Shown piece after piece: positions 48,688-59,197 of a stretch of 64,000 nt of DNA (position 1 is the first letter of the stretch; the number at the start of each line of letters is the position of its first letter). The notes below the pieces were generated by a model that did not search any database, was not told the origin of the DNA, and saw only the letters and a program-made list of their open reading frames with translations. The position numbers and the translations under genes are program-made. The stretch is taken from positions 124,001 to 188,000 of IMG/VR virus record IMGVR_UViG_3300012988_000001; one strand, given 5' to 3'.

Positions 48688-51600
48688 TTAATTACCAACG
48701 TTGATGTTACTCTTAGCTAGTGAGCTAATTATGGAAACATTATCAACTGTTGCAGTGCTTACGAAGAGTTGGTCCGGTTCACAAGGAATCTCGAACAATT
48801 CACCGAATTTACTGTTAGGGTTGTTAGGAACCAATACTACTGTACTGATTTCAGTACTCAATTGCAAGTGAATATATGCACATAACTCAGTAAAGAAGAA
48901 TGTTTCACCAAAGTTCCAGTTATCAACTTGGAAGAATGTGTTTGTAATCTCAATTACACGTTGACGTATCTCATCATCACTCAATGTACTATTTGGAATT
49001 TTAACAACTTTGATATCTGCTTGATAAGATGGTGATGCACTGTTACCAAATAGAGGAACATAGTTTGCACTGTGCCAAATAATACTATCACTAATTACAA
49101 TCTTCTGTTCAACGTCCTTAAACATGTCTTGTAGTTCAACACTGGTTGGTGGTTTAGGGAAAATACCTTGTGCACCATTCTTAATCCACAAATCAATGTT
49201 AGTTTTATAAGAATTTGTTAGTACATACATGTCGATTAGGTTAGTTTTACTTGGGTCAATACGATTATCATCAGGTGCATAATGTTTCCAATGATACATA
49301 ATACCAGTTCTAGCATTATACACAAATGAATATTCAGAACTTACATCTTTGTATCCATAGTATTCTAATTTCTTGTTTTCTGCTAGAGATGAATTACCAC
49401 TATTGATAATAGCACGATAAAACGCTAATTCTGGTGTCATTGTAACTGTATCATCAGGTAATGTCATGTTTGCCATTAGTGTATTCAAACGATCATTATT
49501 ATTACCTACAGTTTGTTCAATAAAATATGATTTTCCATCATATACAAACCCAATTGTAAATCCAGTCCCTTTTCCGAACAAATCACTCATAGATGTACTA
49601 CGTAATTGAACGTTGCGTAAAAATTCTTGACGTTTATATACATTAGTCTCAGCCTGTGCATCGGATTCAGTATATGTCCATGAACTATCTAGTACTGTGA
49701 AATCTGAACTTGGTAAATCAAGAATATCGATTGTAAAATCACTATTCTCGCGGAATACTAATATCCCACCATATTTCAATGCATCTTCACCTGTATATTT
49801 CGGTACTAATGATGCAAATTGATTAGGTTCCAATGGAATACCATTACTATCAACATCCTTGCTCGTGATTATAACACGTGAACCATCCAAATAGCCGTTT
49901 TCCTGCTGAATTGTGTCAAGAATTTGGAAATCAACATTTTCACCCATTCCCAAGTTACTAGTAGGGCTAGCATTACATGCTAAAATGTCAATTTTATCAG
50001 CTTGAACCGTACCGGTACTAATATCAGATATCTTTTTAGTACTAACAAAGTAGAATTTAACTTTATCACCACCGACAAAGATATAATTAACACCATACCC
50101 ATCAAATTCCCATGCTTCTGCTGTATATTGTACACGAACTAAAATAGGATAGACAGTGCCATTATAAGTAATTGTTTCATCAGCGGTGCTTACTTGAATA
50201 GGAACCCAAGTTAAGCTGTTGGTGTCGTATATAATAACAAAATCAGTCTTTTTATTCATCATGACGGAAATATTTTGTATTTCAACTGAATTAAACTGAA
50301 CACGATACGGTTTAATATACGAATAAATTGTCATTCCATTTTCTATCGGTTGTGAAAGAACATAAAAACCATCATCTGCTTTTCCAATAATACTAGCCCA
50401 ATATCCGTTAGTGGTATTCGTCTTAAAGTTAATAAGAGTACCTACTTCGAAGCCTTCTTGAACTTCTCCAGACACTTTAATTTGACCATATGTATTTTTT
50501 GAGTACTGTGAATTATAAACAGGGTTCCAAATTTGGTTATTTGTTGGATATACACTGTTTGCATCCCATTCTTGGTAAGTTTGTATTACCGAAGTCTGTC
50601 CAATTAGTGGTTGAATATTATCAACGATAATTGTTTCATTTGATTTCACGGTTGGAAGTAAAACACTATTGCGTGAGGTTGATTTCTCTTTATACATCGC
50701 ACCATCATCTGCAAAAACATCAGTATTTTGATATTTTCCAGTTGGATCAGTGATATCGATAAATCTTGATTGTCCAGAATATAAACGGTTCAATGCTTTA
50801 GCTTTTAGTACTGTATTACCCAACATTAGAGGTGCAATATTATAATCTTCACCGTTTACAAAACGGTTTTGTGTATAATACATCTGTGGAGCACGGTCTT
50901 TAATCTGATCAATAGTTTCAGCACTTTGTGCAAGGCCAGTTTCATATTGAAGTGAGAATTTAATATCTAAAGTACTATTCTCAAATTCAGTTTGTGATTT
51001 AGTACGGTAAACATATTTGATACTTTTATTTTGGATATCTGACGTTTTAATTGTATATGTTTCACCATTACTAACGCGATACCAAGTACGGAATGTTCCA
51101 CGTGGAACTACACCACTTCGCTGATCAGGATATTTGATACTAATCTGATCATTATCACGAGTAATTACTGAAAAGATTGTTTTCTTCTGTCGGTCAACTG
51201 AGTTATATGCAATACTTTCCATTGATGGAACTTTAGTCCATTTAGTACGGACAATACCATCTTCATTAATTTCTTGTACCCAAACATCAGTTTCATTAAT
51301 GTTGTTTGTGTTAACTGCCTGAATTCGGTTTTCTATACGAACATCATATTGATAATCAGTATAAGAAAGTGTCCCTTGTTTGAAATAAACAAAGAAACCA
51401 GTATTAGGTGAAGCAAAACCATTACCATCATTACGATAAATGATGTACTTCTGATCTTGTGGTTCAGGATGGCGTTCATCAGCACCAATACTGTTGATAT
51501 CCGGGTTAACAACTTCAAATGTGGTACTCGTGCCATTAATGTTTGCAGTAAATGGAATACTTGGAGCACTCATTGGAATAGTATTCATTCGATAAAGCTG

Positions 51601-52152
51601 GTTAGATACACCATTTATTGAGTTTTTCTTAACTGGATTACCAAATTGGTTAGAACTGATAAAGGAACTGTTCATTACTAGAATAAAGTTTTCATACCAG
51701 TTATTATCTGCTGGATCATTCCAACGGATAGTTTTATTTTTTAGAGATTCGTTAAAGCTGTTACGAATATCTTGGTTCGTTTTGATTTCTGTTAATTTTG
51801 CAAGACCACGACCCGGATATGCACGTTTTGGTGCATACGAAATCATCTTGGCAAGTTTTAGTACTGAAGCACGGCGTTCAGCAGTGTCGAGGAAGTTTTC
51901 TCGACTGTTTAAATCCATACGGAAAGCTAAGTTCTGTCCTAGCATACTAATAGTATCTAAGATGAAGATAAATTCTGAGTTTTCAATCCAGTCATTAAAT
52001 GAATCTGGATAAGTTAAACTTAAGTAATGAATCATACTTTCACGGATTGTGTCAAAATCGTATGCAGTTAAGTTAATCTTAAAGAAACTTTCATATACTT
52101 GTTTCCAGTTCTCAGCAGCGTAGAGATTGGATTGTCGTTTTTGTTGTGTCAT
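48688..52152 (-). CDS. gp6: Baseplate wedge subunit (T4 gp6-like)
   Basis: DFDTIRESM, ENFLDTAERRASVLKLAKMISYAPKR, AETIDQIKDRAP...QNRFVNGEDY. Confidence 0.9.
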   Translation of the reverse strand: MTQQKRQSNLYAAENWKQVYESFFKINLTAYDFDTIRESMIHYLSLTYPDSFNDWIENSEFIFILDTISMLGQNLAFRMDLNSRENFLDTAERRASVLKLAKMISYAPKRAYPGRGLAKLTEIKTNQDIRNSFNESLKNKTIRWNDPADNNWYENFILVMNSSFISSNQFGNPVKKNSINGVSNQLYRMNTIPMSAPSIPFTANINGTSTTFEVVNPDINSIGADERHPEPQDQKYIIYRNDGNGFASPNTGFFVYFKQGTLSYTDYQYDVRIENRIQAVNTNNINETDVWVQEINEDGIVRTKWTKVPSMESIAYNSVDRQKKTIFSVITRDNDQISIKYPDQRSGVVPRGTFRTWYRVSNGETYTIKTSDIQNKSIKYVYRTKSQTEFENSTLDIKFSLQYETGLAQSAETIDQIKDRAPQMYYTQNRFVNGEDYNIAPLMLGNTVLKAKALNRLYSGQSRFIDITDPTGKYQNTDVFADDGAMYKEKSTSRNSVLLPTVKSNETIIVDNIQPLIGQTSVIQTYQEWDANSVYPTNNQIWNPVYNSQYSKNTYGQIKVSGEVQEGFEVGTLINFKTNTTNGYWASIIGKADDGFYVLSQPIENGMTIYSYIKPYRVQFNSVEIQNISVMMNKKTDFVIIYDTNSLTWVPIQVSTADETITYNGTVYPILVRVQYTAEAWEFDGYGVNYIFVGGDKVKFYFVSTKKISDISTGTVQADKIDILACNASPTSNLGMGENVDFQILDTIQQENGYLDGSRVIITSKDVDSNGIPLEPNQFASLVPKYTGEDALKYGGILVFRENSDFTIDILDLPSSDFTVLDSSWTYTESDAQAETNVYKRQEFLRNVQLRSTSMSDLFGKGTGFTIGFVYDGKSYFIEQTVGNNNDRLNTLMANMTLPDDTVTMTPELAFYRAIINSGNSSLAENKKLEYYGYKDVSSEYSFVYNARTGIMYHWKHYAPDDNRIDPSKTNLIDMYVLTNSYKTNIDLWIKNGAQGIFPKPPTSVELQDMFKDVEQKIVISDSIIWHSANYVPLFGNSASPSYQADIKVVKIPNSTLSDDEIRQRVIEITNTFFQVDNWNFGETFFFTELCAYIHLQLSTEISTVVLVPNNPNSKFGELFEIPCEPDQLFVSTATVDNVSIISSLAKSNINVGN

Positions 52153-52179
52153 TTTATACCTCGTATATTAGTATAGAAA

Positions 52180-52185
52180 TATTTA
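52180..52185 (-). promoter_or_regulatory. Late promoter TAAATA
   Basis: 27 nt upstream of ATG 52152. Confidence 0.7.
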
Positions 52186-52187
52186 TC

Positions 52188-52216
52188 AAAAAGAAAGGCT
52201 CCCCGAAGGAAGCCTA
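52188..52216 (-). terminator. Terminator with C(UUCG)G tetraloop
   Basis: Minus strand AGGCTTCC-TTCG-GGGAGCCT-TTCTTTT. Confidence 0.85.
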
Positions 52217-52219
52217 TTA

Positions 52220-52612
52220 TTAAAAGTTTGATGCTATTGCTACCATCTTTTCATTTGTTCGTCTATCAAATACAATTCTTAGTTCTTCTACCGTTTCAAG
52301 TTGTACATAGTACAAGCTGATATTGATAATATAACCATATTCTGTATTTTGAACTTGTAAGTACTGAAGTTCCACACGCGGATCTTGTGACACAATACGT
52401 CTAGCGTCATCATCCAGTGCTTGTTTCACTGACGGTTGATCTAATTCGAAAACTAAATCCCAACCAATAAAACCATATTCAGCATCAAATGCTCGTTCAC
52501 CCTTTCTTGTATTAAAATGATTTAGTAAGTCTTGTTTTACCAATTCTTCATCATATAATACACGCGTTAGGCCAACAACTGGGGAAGAGAATCCCTTAAA
52601 CGTAACTGCCAT
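52220..52612 (-). CDS. gp25: Baseplate wedge subunit (gp25/gpW family)
   Basis: LVKQDLLNHFNTRKGER...YG...DPRV motif. Confidence 0.92.
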   Translation of the reverse strand: MAVTFKGFSSPVVGLTRVLYDEELVKQDLLNHFNTRKGERAFDAEYGFIGWDLVFELDQPSVKQALDDDARRIVSQDPRVELQYLQVQNTEYGYIINISLYYVQLETVEELRIVFDRRTNEKMVAIASNF

Positions 52613-52621
52613 TAATTATCC

Positions 52622-53110
52622 TTACTGTAATGCCTCAACGATACGTGCCATTTTTTCTGCACGTGAGGTAGTTTGTCTGTACCATTTTGAATCACGCATT
52701 TCTTTACCAGCAGTTTTGTAATCTTTTCTTCCCATTGCTTCTAGAGCCTTACGGAAGTTAAGTACTGAAGATTTACCCATCTGGAAAACCATCTGCCATA
52801 AAACTTGCTGTAGTGATTCAGGGCCACTCATGCCGTATTGTTCATAAATTGATTTTGCATCATTATATGCATTACGAGCATCTTTTACTAACAAAGCGTC
52901 TGCTTCAGCTTCGGTTAAACCAGCACTGAAATTTTCACCTGAACGTACTAAATGACCATATCCAATTGTTGGAAGCCCTAGACTATCTTTATAGACCCAG
53001 AACTTACCATTTTTGAAATATCCTTTGGAGGCTTGAAACTCCTTTGTACCTTCATGAATTTTTACATCCTTGAAAAAAGTAGCATCAGTAGCGGTTAAAG
53101 TCCAACTCAT
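52622..53110 (-). CDS. T4-type (GH24) lysozyme, probable endolysin
   Basis: HEG...YKDSLGLPTIGYGHL; MVFQMG; DSKWYRQT..RA. Confidence 0.92.
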   Translation of the reverse strand: MSWTLTATDATFFKDVKIHEGTKEFQASKGYFKNGKFWVYKDSLGLPTIGYGHLVRSGENFSAGLTEAEADALLVKDARNAYNDAKSIYEQYGMSGPESLQQVLWQMVFQMGKSSVLNFRKALEAMGRKDYKTAGKEMRDSKWYRQTTSRAEKMARIVEALQ

Positions 53111-53141
53111 ATTTTATTCTCCTTTATTTAGTCGCCTAAAA

Positions 53142-53147
53142 TATTTA
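53142..53147 (-). promoter_or_regulatory. Late promoter TAAATA
   Basis: 31 nt upstream of ATG 53110. Confidence 0.6.
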
Positions 53148-55814
53148 TTGGCAAGCCTCCATATATCGAGCCATTATCTCCGCACGGTTTGTAGTTTGTC
53201 TGTACCATAATGAATCACGAATACTATGTGCGGCTAATCGATAGTTACCAGCTTGAAGTGCTTTGAACATATTTTTAAACTTAGCTAATGCACCCGGACC
53301 CATTTGATATGCCATTTCTACAAGTACTAATTGACACAAATAAGGTGTATGTAACCCATATTGTGCATATAAACGTTTAGCACCGTCTACACTCCTTTGT
53401 AAATCTTTAATAAGAATTTGTTTAGCTTCATCAGGTGTAATACCATTATTGAATACCCCACTAGAACGTTCAGCCGGGGTTACCAAGTGTCCATAGCCGA
53501 TATCTTGACCTTTCACTGGGTCCGGGAATACCCAGAATTTACCATCACGGAAATGACCACGCTTAGTTTGATATGCAATCGTACCTTCAAAATTAATAGT
53601 ATCGTTAACAAGTTTTTCATCTGTTGCCGCAACTTTCCAACCTACAGCAGTTTTATCAACAGGTCCAATAGTTACTGGAGTACTATCATCAACCACACCC
53701 TGACGTTTCGCACTAGTTTTACGTCTAGGAACATGACGAGAACCACGTTGAGAATATCCAGTACCGATACTCTTAACTCTAGTCATAACAACAAGCTCAT
53801 CACTATTTTCTGAATAATTAGTTGCATCCAATGCCGGGGCATTTTCATTACTAGGCTTACCTTCGATTAATTGTTTATTGGCTGCATCAGCACCTTCACC
53901 AGTAACGGCTGCATAAAACATACCGGGATCAACCGTACCACTAAAGCCAAATAGATTTGCAGAAATCTTACGAATCTCAAATTCAATAACACCTTTACCA
54001 GTACCTACTACGTCACCTTTCTGTACGCGTTGACCATTATTAACACTTACGTTAATATTATAGAAAATAGATTTATATCCACTCATATGAGCAACAATAA
54101 CAGAATCTTTACCATTCACAGTAACTGTACCAAAATCGGGTGCTACAATGTTACCCTTAGTTTGAATTGACCAACCATAACGGTCAGCAGTACTTCCATC
54201 TTGTGTCGGAACACCTTTACCCCAGTAACCAAACTCTCGTATAGTACCAGTACATGGCATTAGCATGTATAGTCCTTCAAGGGTTTGAGTGTAAGTCATG
54301 CTATCTTCAGAGAAAAGCATATCCTGTGTTGTGATTTGAGATACTTCTTGAGTAGTGTTAGTATATTGAACTGCCTCATATTCAGTTTCTTCTGGTAGAA
54401 CCGGAGAAACATCGTTTGCAGGTTGTGCAGGTTGTGCAGGACTAACAGAAGAGTTACCTCCACCATTAACTGGTGCAGCCATAGCATTACTGTGGTTTGA
54501 TGCATCAGAGAACGATTGGTGGAAGTGAATGTGATTAACAAGACCAACAGATGGTGTCTGGAAGTCTGGTGCACCTACTACCGCAGAACTTGCAGTACTT
54601 CCACCTTTAACGTTAAAGCTATTTCCACCACCAGTTAAGTTTACTGAGGTTCCCGAAATATCAACAGAACTACCAGCAGTAATTGCAGTATTTGATCCTG
54701 AAGTCATGTCTATACTTGAACCAGCTTGAGCACGAAGTGACGCACCAGTTACAAGACGCAAATCTGCACCTGCATTAATTACAACCTGACCGCCAATTTT
54801 ACTATCTAATGCACCGACTAAATTCAATTTGGTATTTCCAGCAACACTCCACTGCATATCAGCCCCTGCTTGGAAATTAATATTTCGACCTGCAACAAAG
54901 CTAATATCTTCTCCCATACGGATGTTCATACTTTTGTCACCATGAATCATAATATCACCTTCGGGTGTCATTTCAACACGTGCTGTACCATCTCGGTTGA
55001 TTAAAAACACTGAACCAGTTGCTTCTGATAAAAGTAGTTGTGCACCGCTACGAGTACGTAGTACAATACCTTCGTTCTTACGAGTCCCAACAGACGTGTC
55101 GTTTACCGGGTTATTAACTTGGGTATCCTGATAGCCGTCTGGGTCTTGGTTCCAGTTTCGTTTGTTCATGTCAGCATCAGTATAACCGTCATCAAGAACG
55201 AAGCTATTACCCCGTGGAGTACTCATTCCATATACAGTTGCGGCTACAGTACGAGTACTACTACGGTTTGCTGCACCTTTTTCTTCATCGTATAGAAGGT
55301 TTTGTTTCTTTAGACCTTCAATTGTTGGGACATTAGGGTATTTCTCTTGTAAAGTACTTTGAATAGTGTTACGGTCATAGTCAGTAATCGGTACTGGCAT
55401 ATCATAACCACTATTTGGTAAATTCTCGGTTGCCATACCCGGAACCATTGTATTCATACGTTCATCGTACACACATCCAATCCAAAATGCTTGGAATTGG
55501 TGTCCTTGTGCGAACACTACGATTACTGTCACCCCAACATCTGGTGGAACAGCCCAAAAGCCGTAGCCTTTAGGGAATTGTTGGTATGAATTCGCACCCG
55601 GAACCCCCGGTGTGCGTCCAGCGAATGGTGCTGCATATGAGCACTCAATCCACGAATCTTTTGCATCACGATCACTTTGAGAACCTTGAATCCAAACCTT
55701 TAGCTTTCCACTATCTGTTGGATCTCGGTTATCCATTACCGTTGCTAACTGTGGTAATCTAGGGTCAAATCTAGAAAGTTGGTCTTGTGCATATTGTTTA
55801 CTTGTATCAGCCAC
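53145..55814 (-). CDS. gp5: Central baseplate spike (gp5-like): OB fold, beta-helix, His tip, M23-like domain, lysozyme
   Basis: DPTDSGKLKVWI, GFWAVPPDVG, HIHFH, GQRVQKGDVVG...FEIR...VDP, IGYGHL; likely GTG start at 55814 after AAGGAG/AAGGA. Confidence 0.85.
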   Translation of the reverse strand: MADTSKQYAQDQLSRFDPRLPQLATVMDNRDPTDSGKLKVWIQGSQSDRDAKDSWIECSYAAPFAGRTPGVPGANSYQQFPKGYGFWAVPPDVGVTVIVVFAQGHQFQAFWIGCVYDERMNTMVPGMATENLPNSGYDMPVPITDYDRNTIQSTLQEKYPNVPTIEGLKKQNLLYDEEKGAANRSSTRTVAATVYGMSTPRGNSFVLDDGYTDADMNKRNWNQDPDGYQDTQVNNPVNDTSVGTRKNEGIVLRTRSGAQLLLSEATGSVFLINRDGTARVEMTPEGDIMIHGDKSMNIRMGEDISFVAGRNINFQAGADMQWSVAGNTKLNLVGALDSKIGGQVVINAGADLRLVTGASLRAQAGSSIDMTSGSNTAITAGSSVDISGTSVNLTGGGNSFNVKGGSTASSAVVGAPDFQTPSVGLVNHIHFHQSFSDASNHSNAMAAPVNGGGNSSVSPAQPAQPANDVSPVLPEETEYEAVQYTNTTQEVSQITTQDMLFSEDSMTYTQTLEGLYMLMPCTGTIREFGYWGKGVPTQDGSTADRYGWSIQTKGNIVAPDFGTVTVNGKDSVIVAHMSGYKSIFYNINVSVNNGQRVQKGDVVGTGKGVIEFEIRKISANLFGFSGTVDPGMFYAAVTGEGADAANKQLIEGKPSNENAPALDATNYSENSDELVVMTRVKSIGTGYSQRGSRHVPRRKTSAKRQGVVDDSTPVTIGPVDKTAVGWKVAATDEKLVNDTINFEGTIAYQTKRGHFRDGKFWVFPDPVKGQDIGYGHLVTPAERSSGVFNNGITPDEAKQILIKDLQRSVDGAKRLYAQYGLHTPYLCQLVLVEMAYQMGPGALAKFKNMFKALQAGNYRLAAHSIRDSLWYRQTTNRAEIMARYMEACQ

Positions 55815-58071
55815 GGCTTCCTTCTCCTTCGTCATCATCAGTTAATTGGTCACGTCTACGTAGAGAACGCATTACAATACCACCTGATAATTGTTGTGTA
55901 AATGATCCATTTGGACCAAAGTCACTTACTACTTTATTAACACGATAAATTGTTTGTGAGAATATCGTTGGAGTATCGTAATCCAAGATACCTGTTGTAT
56001 CACTAATCGCAACTACTGGTTTAATATTCAATAATAGATATGCTTCGCTATTAATCCAGTTTGCAACGTGGATATCGGTAATATCTACATCCATATCTTC
56101 ACCAGCTACTGCTTTTTGTAGATAGTTCATGTAAGAAATGTCACTCCACCCCAACCAGAATGGGTCACCTACTACTTTCATGTCTAATTTACTCAAGAAC
56201 GAACGGTTATAGTAGTTGTCACGCATTAAACGACGGTCCATTTCATAGCTACTGCTATTATCATTGACAGAACCGGATTTTGCTGTTTTAATGTTCTGTG
56301 GTTCTGTGGGAATTGCATCAACTGTGCCATTTTTTCCGCCAATCCCTTCAGTGCCAGCATAGGTCATATCATATTCGTTGCGATAATCTTCGATATATGA
56401 TGGATCTGATACCTGATATGTCAATGTGTCCTGTTGTTCGTCTTCTTGACCAACTTTCATCTGTGCTGCGGCTTGGGCGTCACGAATAAAACGTTGTTCT
56501 TCGTCGGTTAAAACGCGACCATTGGCTTGCTCGTCTTGTAAATCCTTCGATTTGCTCCACATGTCTTGCACGTTGGTACGAATTGAGGTATCATATGTCG
56601 TATCTCCAAGCTGAATGTACTCAGCAGCGTGTGTACCTTCGCGGTTTTCAATATCACGTTGTGTATCTGGGTTACGAGTAACCGCAACGTTGAATCCTTG
56701 GTCAAATTTAAGCTCTAAATTAAGAATTTCTTGGTTTAGACCAGTAAATTGATAATCATATCTCTTAATATTAAGTTTAGGTTCTTCATTCCCTTCTACT
56801 TCGTATTTTTCAGCATTTTCGAAGAAATATTCAAAGTTGAACTTTTCATGTTTTAAGTCCTCTTCACTAACAACATCACCAATATTGTACTTAATAATGT
56901 AATAATGGTTTTTGTATGCTAAGGTTGCACGAATTGGGTCATATCCAACATATTTTTGAATAGGGATGATGTTTACAAACTGGCGACGACGATCAGTACT
57001 GGATTGTATTGGAATACAGCAGTCTAAAACGTCATCAAATGCACGTGAAATAGGAACATCTGCACCCCAAGAGAAGTCTTTTGCACCATCAGAACCATTT
57101 ACAGTGTTGCCGACTTCTTTTGATTGTTTCATGTCATAGTTAATAGACATACCACGAAGTTCATCTGGAACATGAATCTCATAATACATACCATTAGCAA
57201 ATTCAGAGTACTTATGCTGCAAATAACCATATTGTTTATCAGCCATTTTATTCAATTTATCTTGAATCTGATCAACAAAATCACCAAAGGTAGTAGAAGT
57301 ACAAGTATATGGTTCTTTAAGCATCCAATCCTTGTTATCAACTAAACCTGCACGAGCACGAGTCATTTGTAAGTCATATGTAATAGTACCGCCACTTTCA
57401 GTTGCACGAGCTTTGATAGTATTGATACGAACCGCCCATTGGCGTTTTAATCCCGGAATACGATTTGGTTTACCAGTTACTGGATGGAAACCGATAAAAT
57501 CCATTTCCATAATTAATGGTAAGTCCATGAACTTGTTATATCCTAGATCATTTGCAAGTACTACAAGATCATTGAATAATGACATACCATTATTTTCAGA
57601 AATAGCCATCACGCAGTTATTAAACGAGAAGTTTGATGTTAAACCCGGTGATGCTGGAGCAGCAGAAGTAATTTGAACACTATCAATACTAAAGCGACCA
57701 GTTACACCACTCTCTGCAATTATATGTCGAGCAACTTCTGTATCTGGATTATCCCAAAATAGATGATATTGTGCAGAACTCAATGCAAATAGGGTAAAGT
57801 GGTAAGTGTAGTTGTCATATTTCAACAACACATTATCATATGGAACTACGAAATCATTTAAGTTAACATCTGAATATACCCCTTCAGCACTGTTCCAGTT
57901 TTTAGGGCGTTCTGCTGTAATTTTAGCTTTATATGGATTGGATGAATTCGGATTCATCCCTGAAATTTTACCATTTGCATCAGCAGTAGTTTCTGCTGGT
58001 TGATTAGTTACCGTTACGGGAATAGAAGTTGTTTGTGTACTCCCAACATCCGTATAATTTAAGTCTGCCAT
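55807..58071 (-). CDS. Baseplate hub protein (gp27-like by position)
   Basis: Lies between gp53-like and gp5-like genes; C-terminal VVGDPFW...YRVNKVVSDF..GSFTQQL hub motif. Confidence 0.65.
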   Translation of the reverse strand: MADLNYTDVGSTQTTSIPVTVTNQPAETTADANGKISGMNPNSSNPYKAKITAERPKNWNSAEGVYSDVNLNDFVVPYDNVLLKYDNYTYHFTLFALSSAQYHLFWDNPDTEVARHIIAESGVTGRFSIDSVQITSAAPASPGLTSNFSFNNCVMAISENNGMSLFNDLVVLANDLGYNKFMDLPLIMEMDFIGFHPVTGKPNRIPGLKRQWAVRINTIKARATESGGTITYDLQMTRARAGLVDNKDWMLKEPYTCTSTTFGDFVDQIQDKLNKMADKQYGYLQHKYSEFANGMYYEIHVPDELRGMSINYDMKQSKEVGNTVNGSDGAKDFSWGADVPISRAFDDVLDCCIPIQSSTDRRRQFVNIIPIQKYVGYDPIRATLAYKNHYYIIKYNIGDVVSEEDLKHEKFNFEYFFENAEKYEVEGNEEPKLNIKRYDYQFTGLNQEILNLELKFDQGFNVAVTRNPDTQRDIENREGTHAAEYIQLGDTTYDTSIRTNVQDMWSKSKDLQDEQANGRVLTDEEQRFIRDAQAAAQMKVGQEDEQQDTLTYQVSDPSYIEDYRNEYDMTYAGTEGIGGKNGTVDAIPTEPQNIKTAKSGSVNDNSSSYEMDRRLMRDNYYNRSFLSKLDMKVVGDPFWLGWSDISYMNYLQKAVAGEDMDVDITDIHVANWINSEAYLLLNIKPVVAISDTTGILDYDTPTIFSQTIYRVNKVVSDFGPNGSFTQQLSGGIVMRSLRRRDQLTDDDEGEGSRG

Positions 58072-58082
58072 AAGTTACTCCA

Positions 58083-58397
58083 TTATTTTATGCGACGTGG
58101 ACTATTTAGATAAGTTTGGACACGCTGCAAAGATGGGATACGAATTACAGTACCCGCTGTGAAATCATAAATTGGATCTACTAAAATATTAGGATTTAGT
58201 AGAGCAAAAATGTAATATAAACGTTCATTACCATACAATTCGTATGATAAACGCCACGGTTGCTCGTTATATTCAGTTGGAATCGTATAATTAACATCTG
58301 AATCGGCTGGAGCAATACCAATTGGCTGGTTGTACGCTAAGTACCATGTTTGACGTACTTTCGCATATGGAGAGTACTGACTGTATGTAGAAGCCAT
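58083..58397 (-). CDS. gp53: Baseplate wedge protein, LysM-like (gp53-like)
   Basis: PWRLSYELYGNERLYYIFALLNP...GTVIRIP. Confidence 0.8.
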   Translation of the reverse strand: MASTYSQYSPYAKVRQTWYLAYNQPIGIAPADSDVNYTIPTEYNEQPWRLSYELYGNERLYYIFALLNPNILVDPIYDFTAGTVIRIPSLQRVQTYLNSPRRIK

Positions 58398-59128
58398 TAA
58401 ATGAATCCTCCTTTTCTCATTAGTGCACCGCGTTTAAACGCATTTAAGTTGAACTCCTTGGTCATATAATCCGAGGTAGGCTGTTCTTCTAATTGAATTG
58501 TGATAGGTAGTTTTTGTGGAATCCACACTTCGTTTTCTGGATTCATAAAACCTGCTGCACGTAAATTATTAAAGAACTCACGTGTATCTTTATCTGTAAT
58601 ATTAAACTTTGTTGTGATAGAATCCACTGGAACTTGAATTAGTGGAGTGTCATTGTTGAAGTTAAAATTATATGATTTAATTATAACAGGAACATCATTG
58701 TACATATATCTCCCATAACCACTGAAAAGCAAAATTGGAGGTGGTGCACCAACAACAGCTTTATTTGGGTTATTGGCAACTGCTGCCTGACGACCGAAAT
58801 CCATTAGTGAACACGAACGAATGAAGTTCATACATGCTAAAGTGTATATTGCTTCGGTTGCAGTACTAGAATGAAAATCACCCTGTATTGAAATAACTGC
58901 GTTTGTTGTATTTTTATAGTTGTTGTAGTTACTATTACTATGCATTGTTTGTTGCGTTTCGTAGTTTACAGTACGTTGTTCAGAGATAGTTGGTGTGTAG
59001 TTCCATACCATACCATTAGTAGAACGTAGTATTGATAGTAATGTTGGGTTACGCATATTACCATCATCACCGTACACATAGTTTTGTGCAGCGGGGCGAG
59101 GGCGTAATCTAATTCTGCGATCTATCAT
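58397..59128 (-). CDS. Baseplate tube-initiator-like protein
   Basis: YTPTIS, GAPPPILLFSGYG, VPVIIKS, WIP motifs; start moved to ATG 59128 (AAGGAG SD). Confidence 0.65.
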   Translation of the reverse strand: MIDRRIRLRPRPAAQNYVYGDDGNMRNPTLLSILRSTNGMVWNYTPTISEQRTVNYETQQTMHSNSNYNNYKNTTNAVISIQGDFHSSTATEAIYTLACMNFIRSCSLMDFGRQAAVANNPNKAVVGAPPPILLFSGYGRYMYNDVPVIIKSYNFNFNNDTPLIQVPVDSITTKFNITDKDTREFFNNLRAAGFMNPENEVWIPQKLPITIQLEEQPTSDYMTKEFNLNAFKRGALMRKGGFI

Positions 59129-59156
59129 AAAATTCTCCTTAAAAAGACTTATATTA

Positions 59157-59197
59157 TATTTATAATCTTGGGACAAAATGAAAAAATGTGATATAAT
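59157..59197. promoter_or_regulatory. Composite divergent promoter: late TATAAATA (minus) + GGGACA-N16-TATAAT (plus)
   Basis: TATTTA 59157-59162, N7, GGGACA 59170-59175, TATAAT 59192-59197. Confidence 0.85.
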
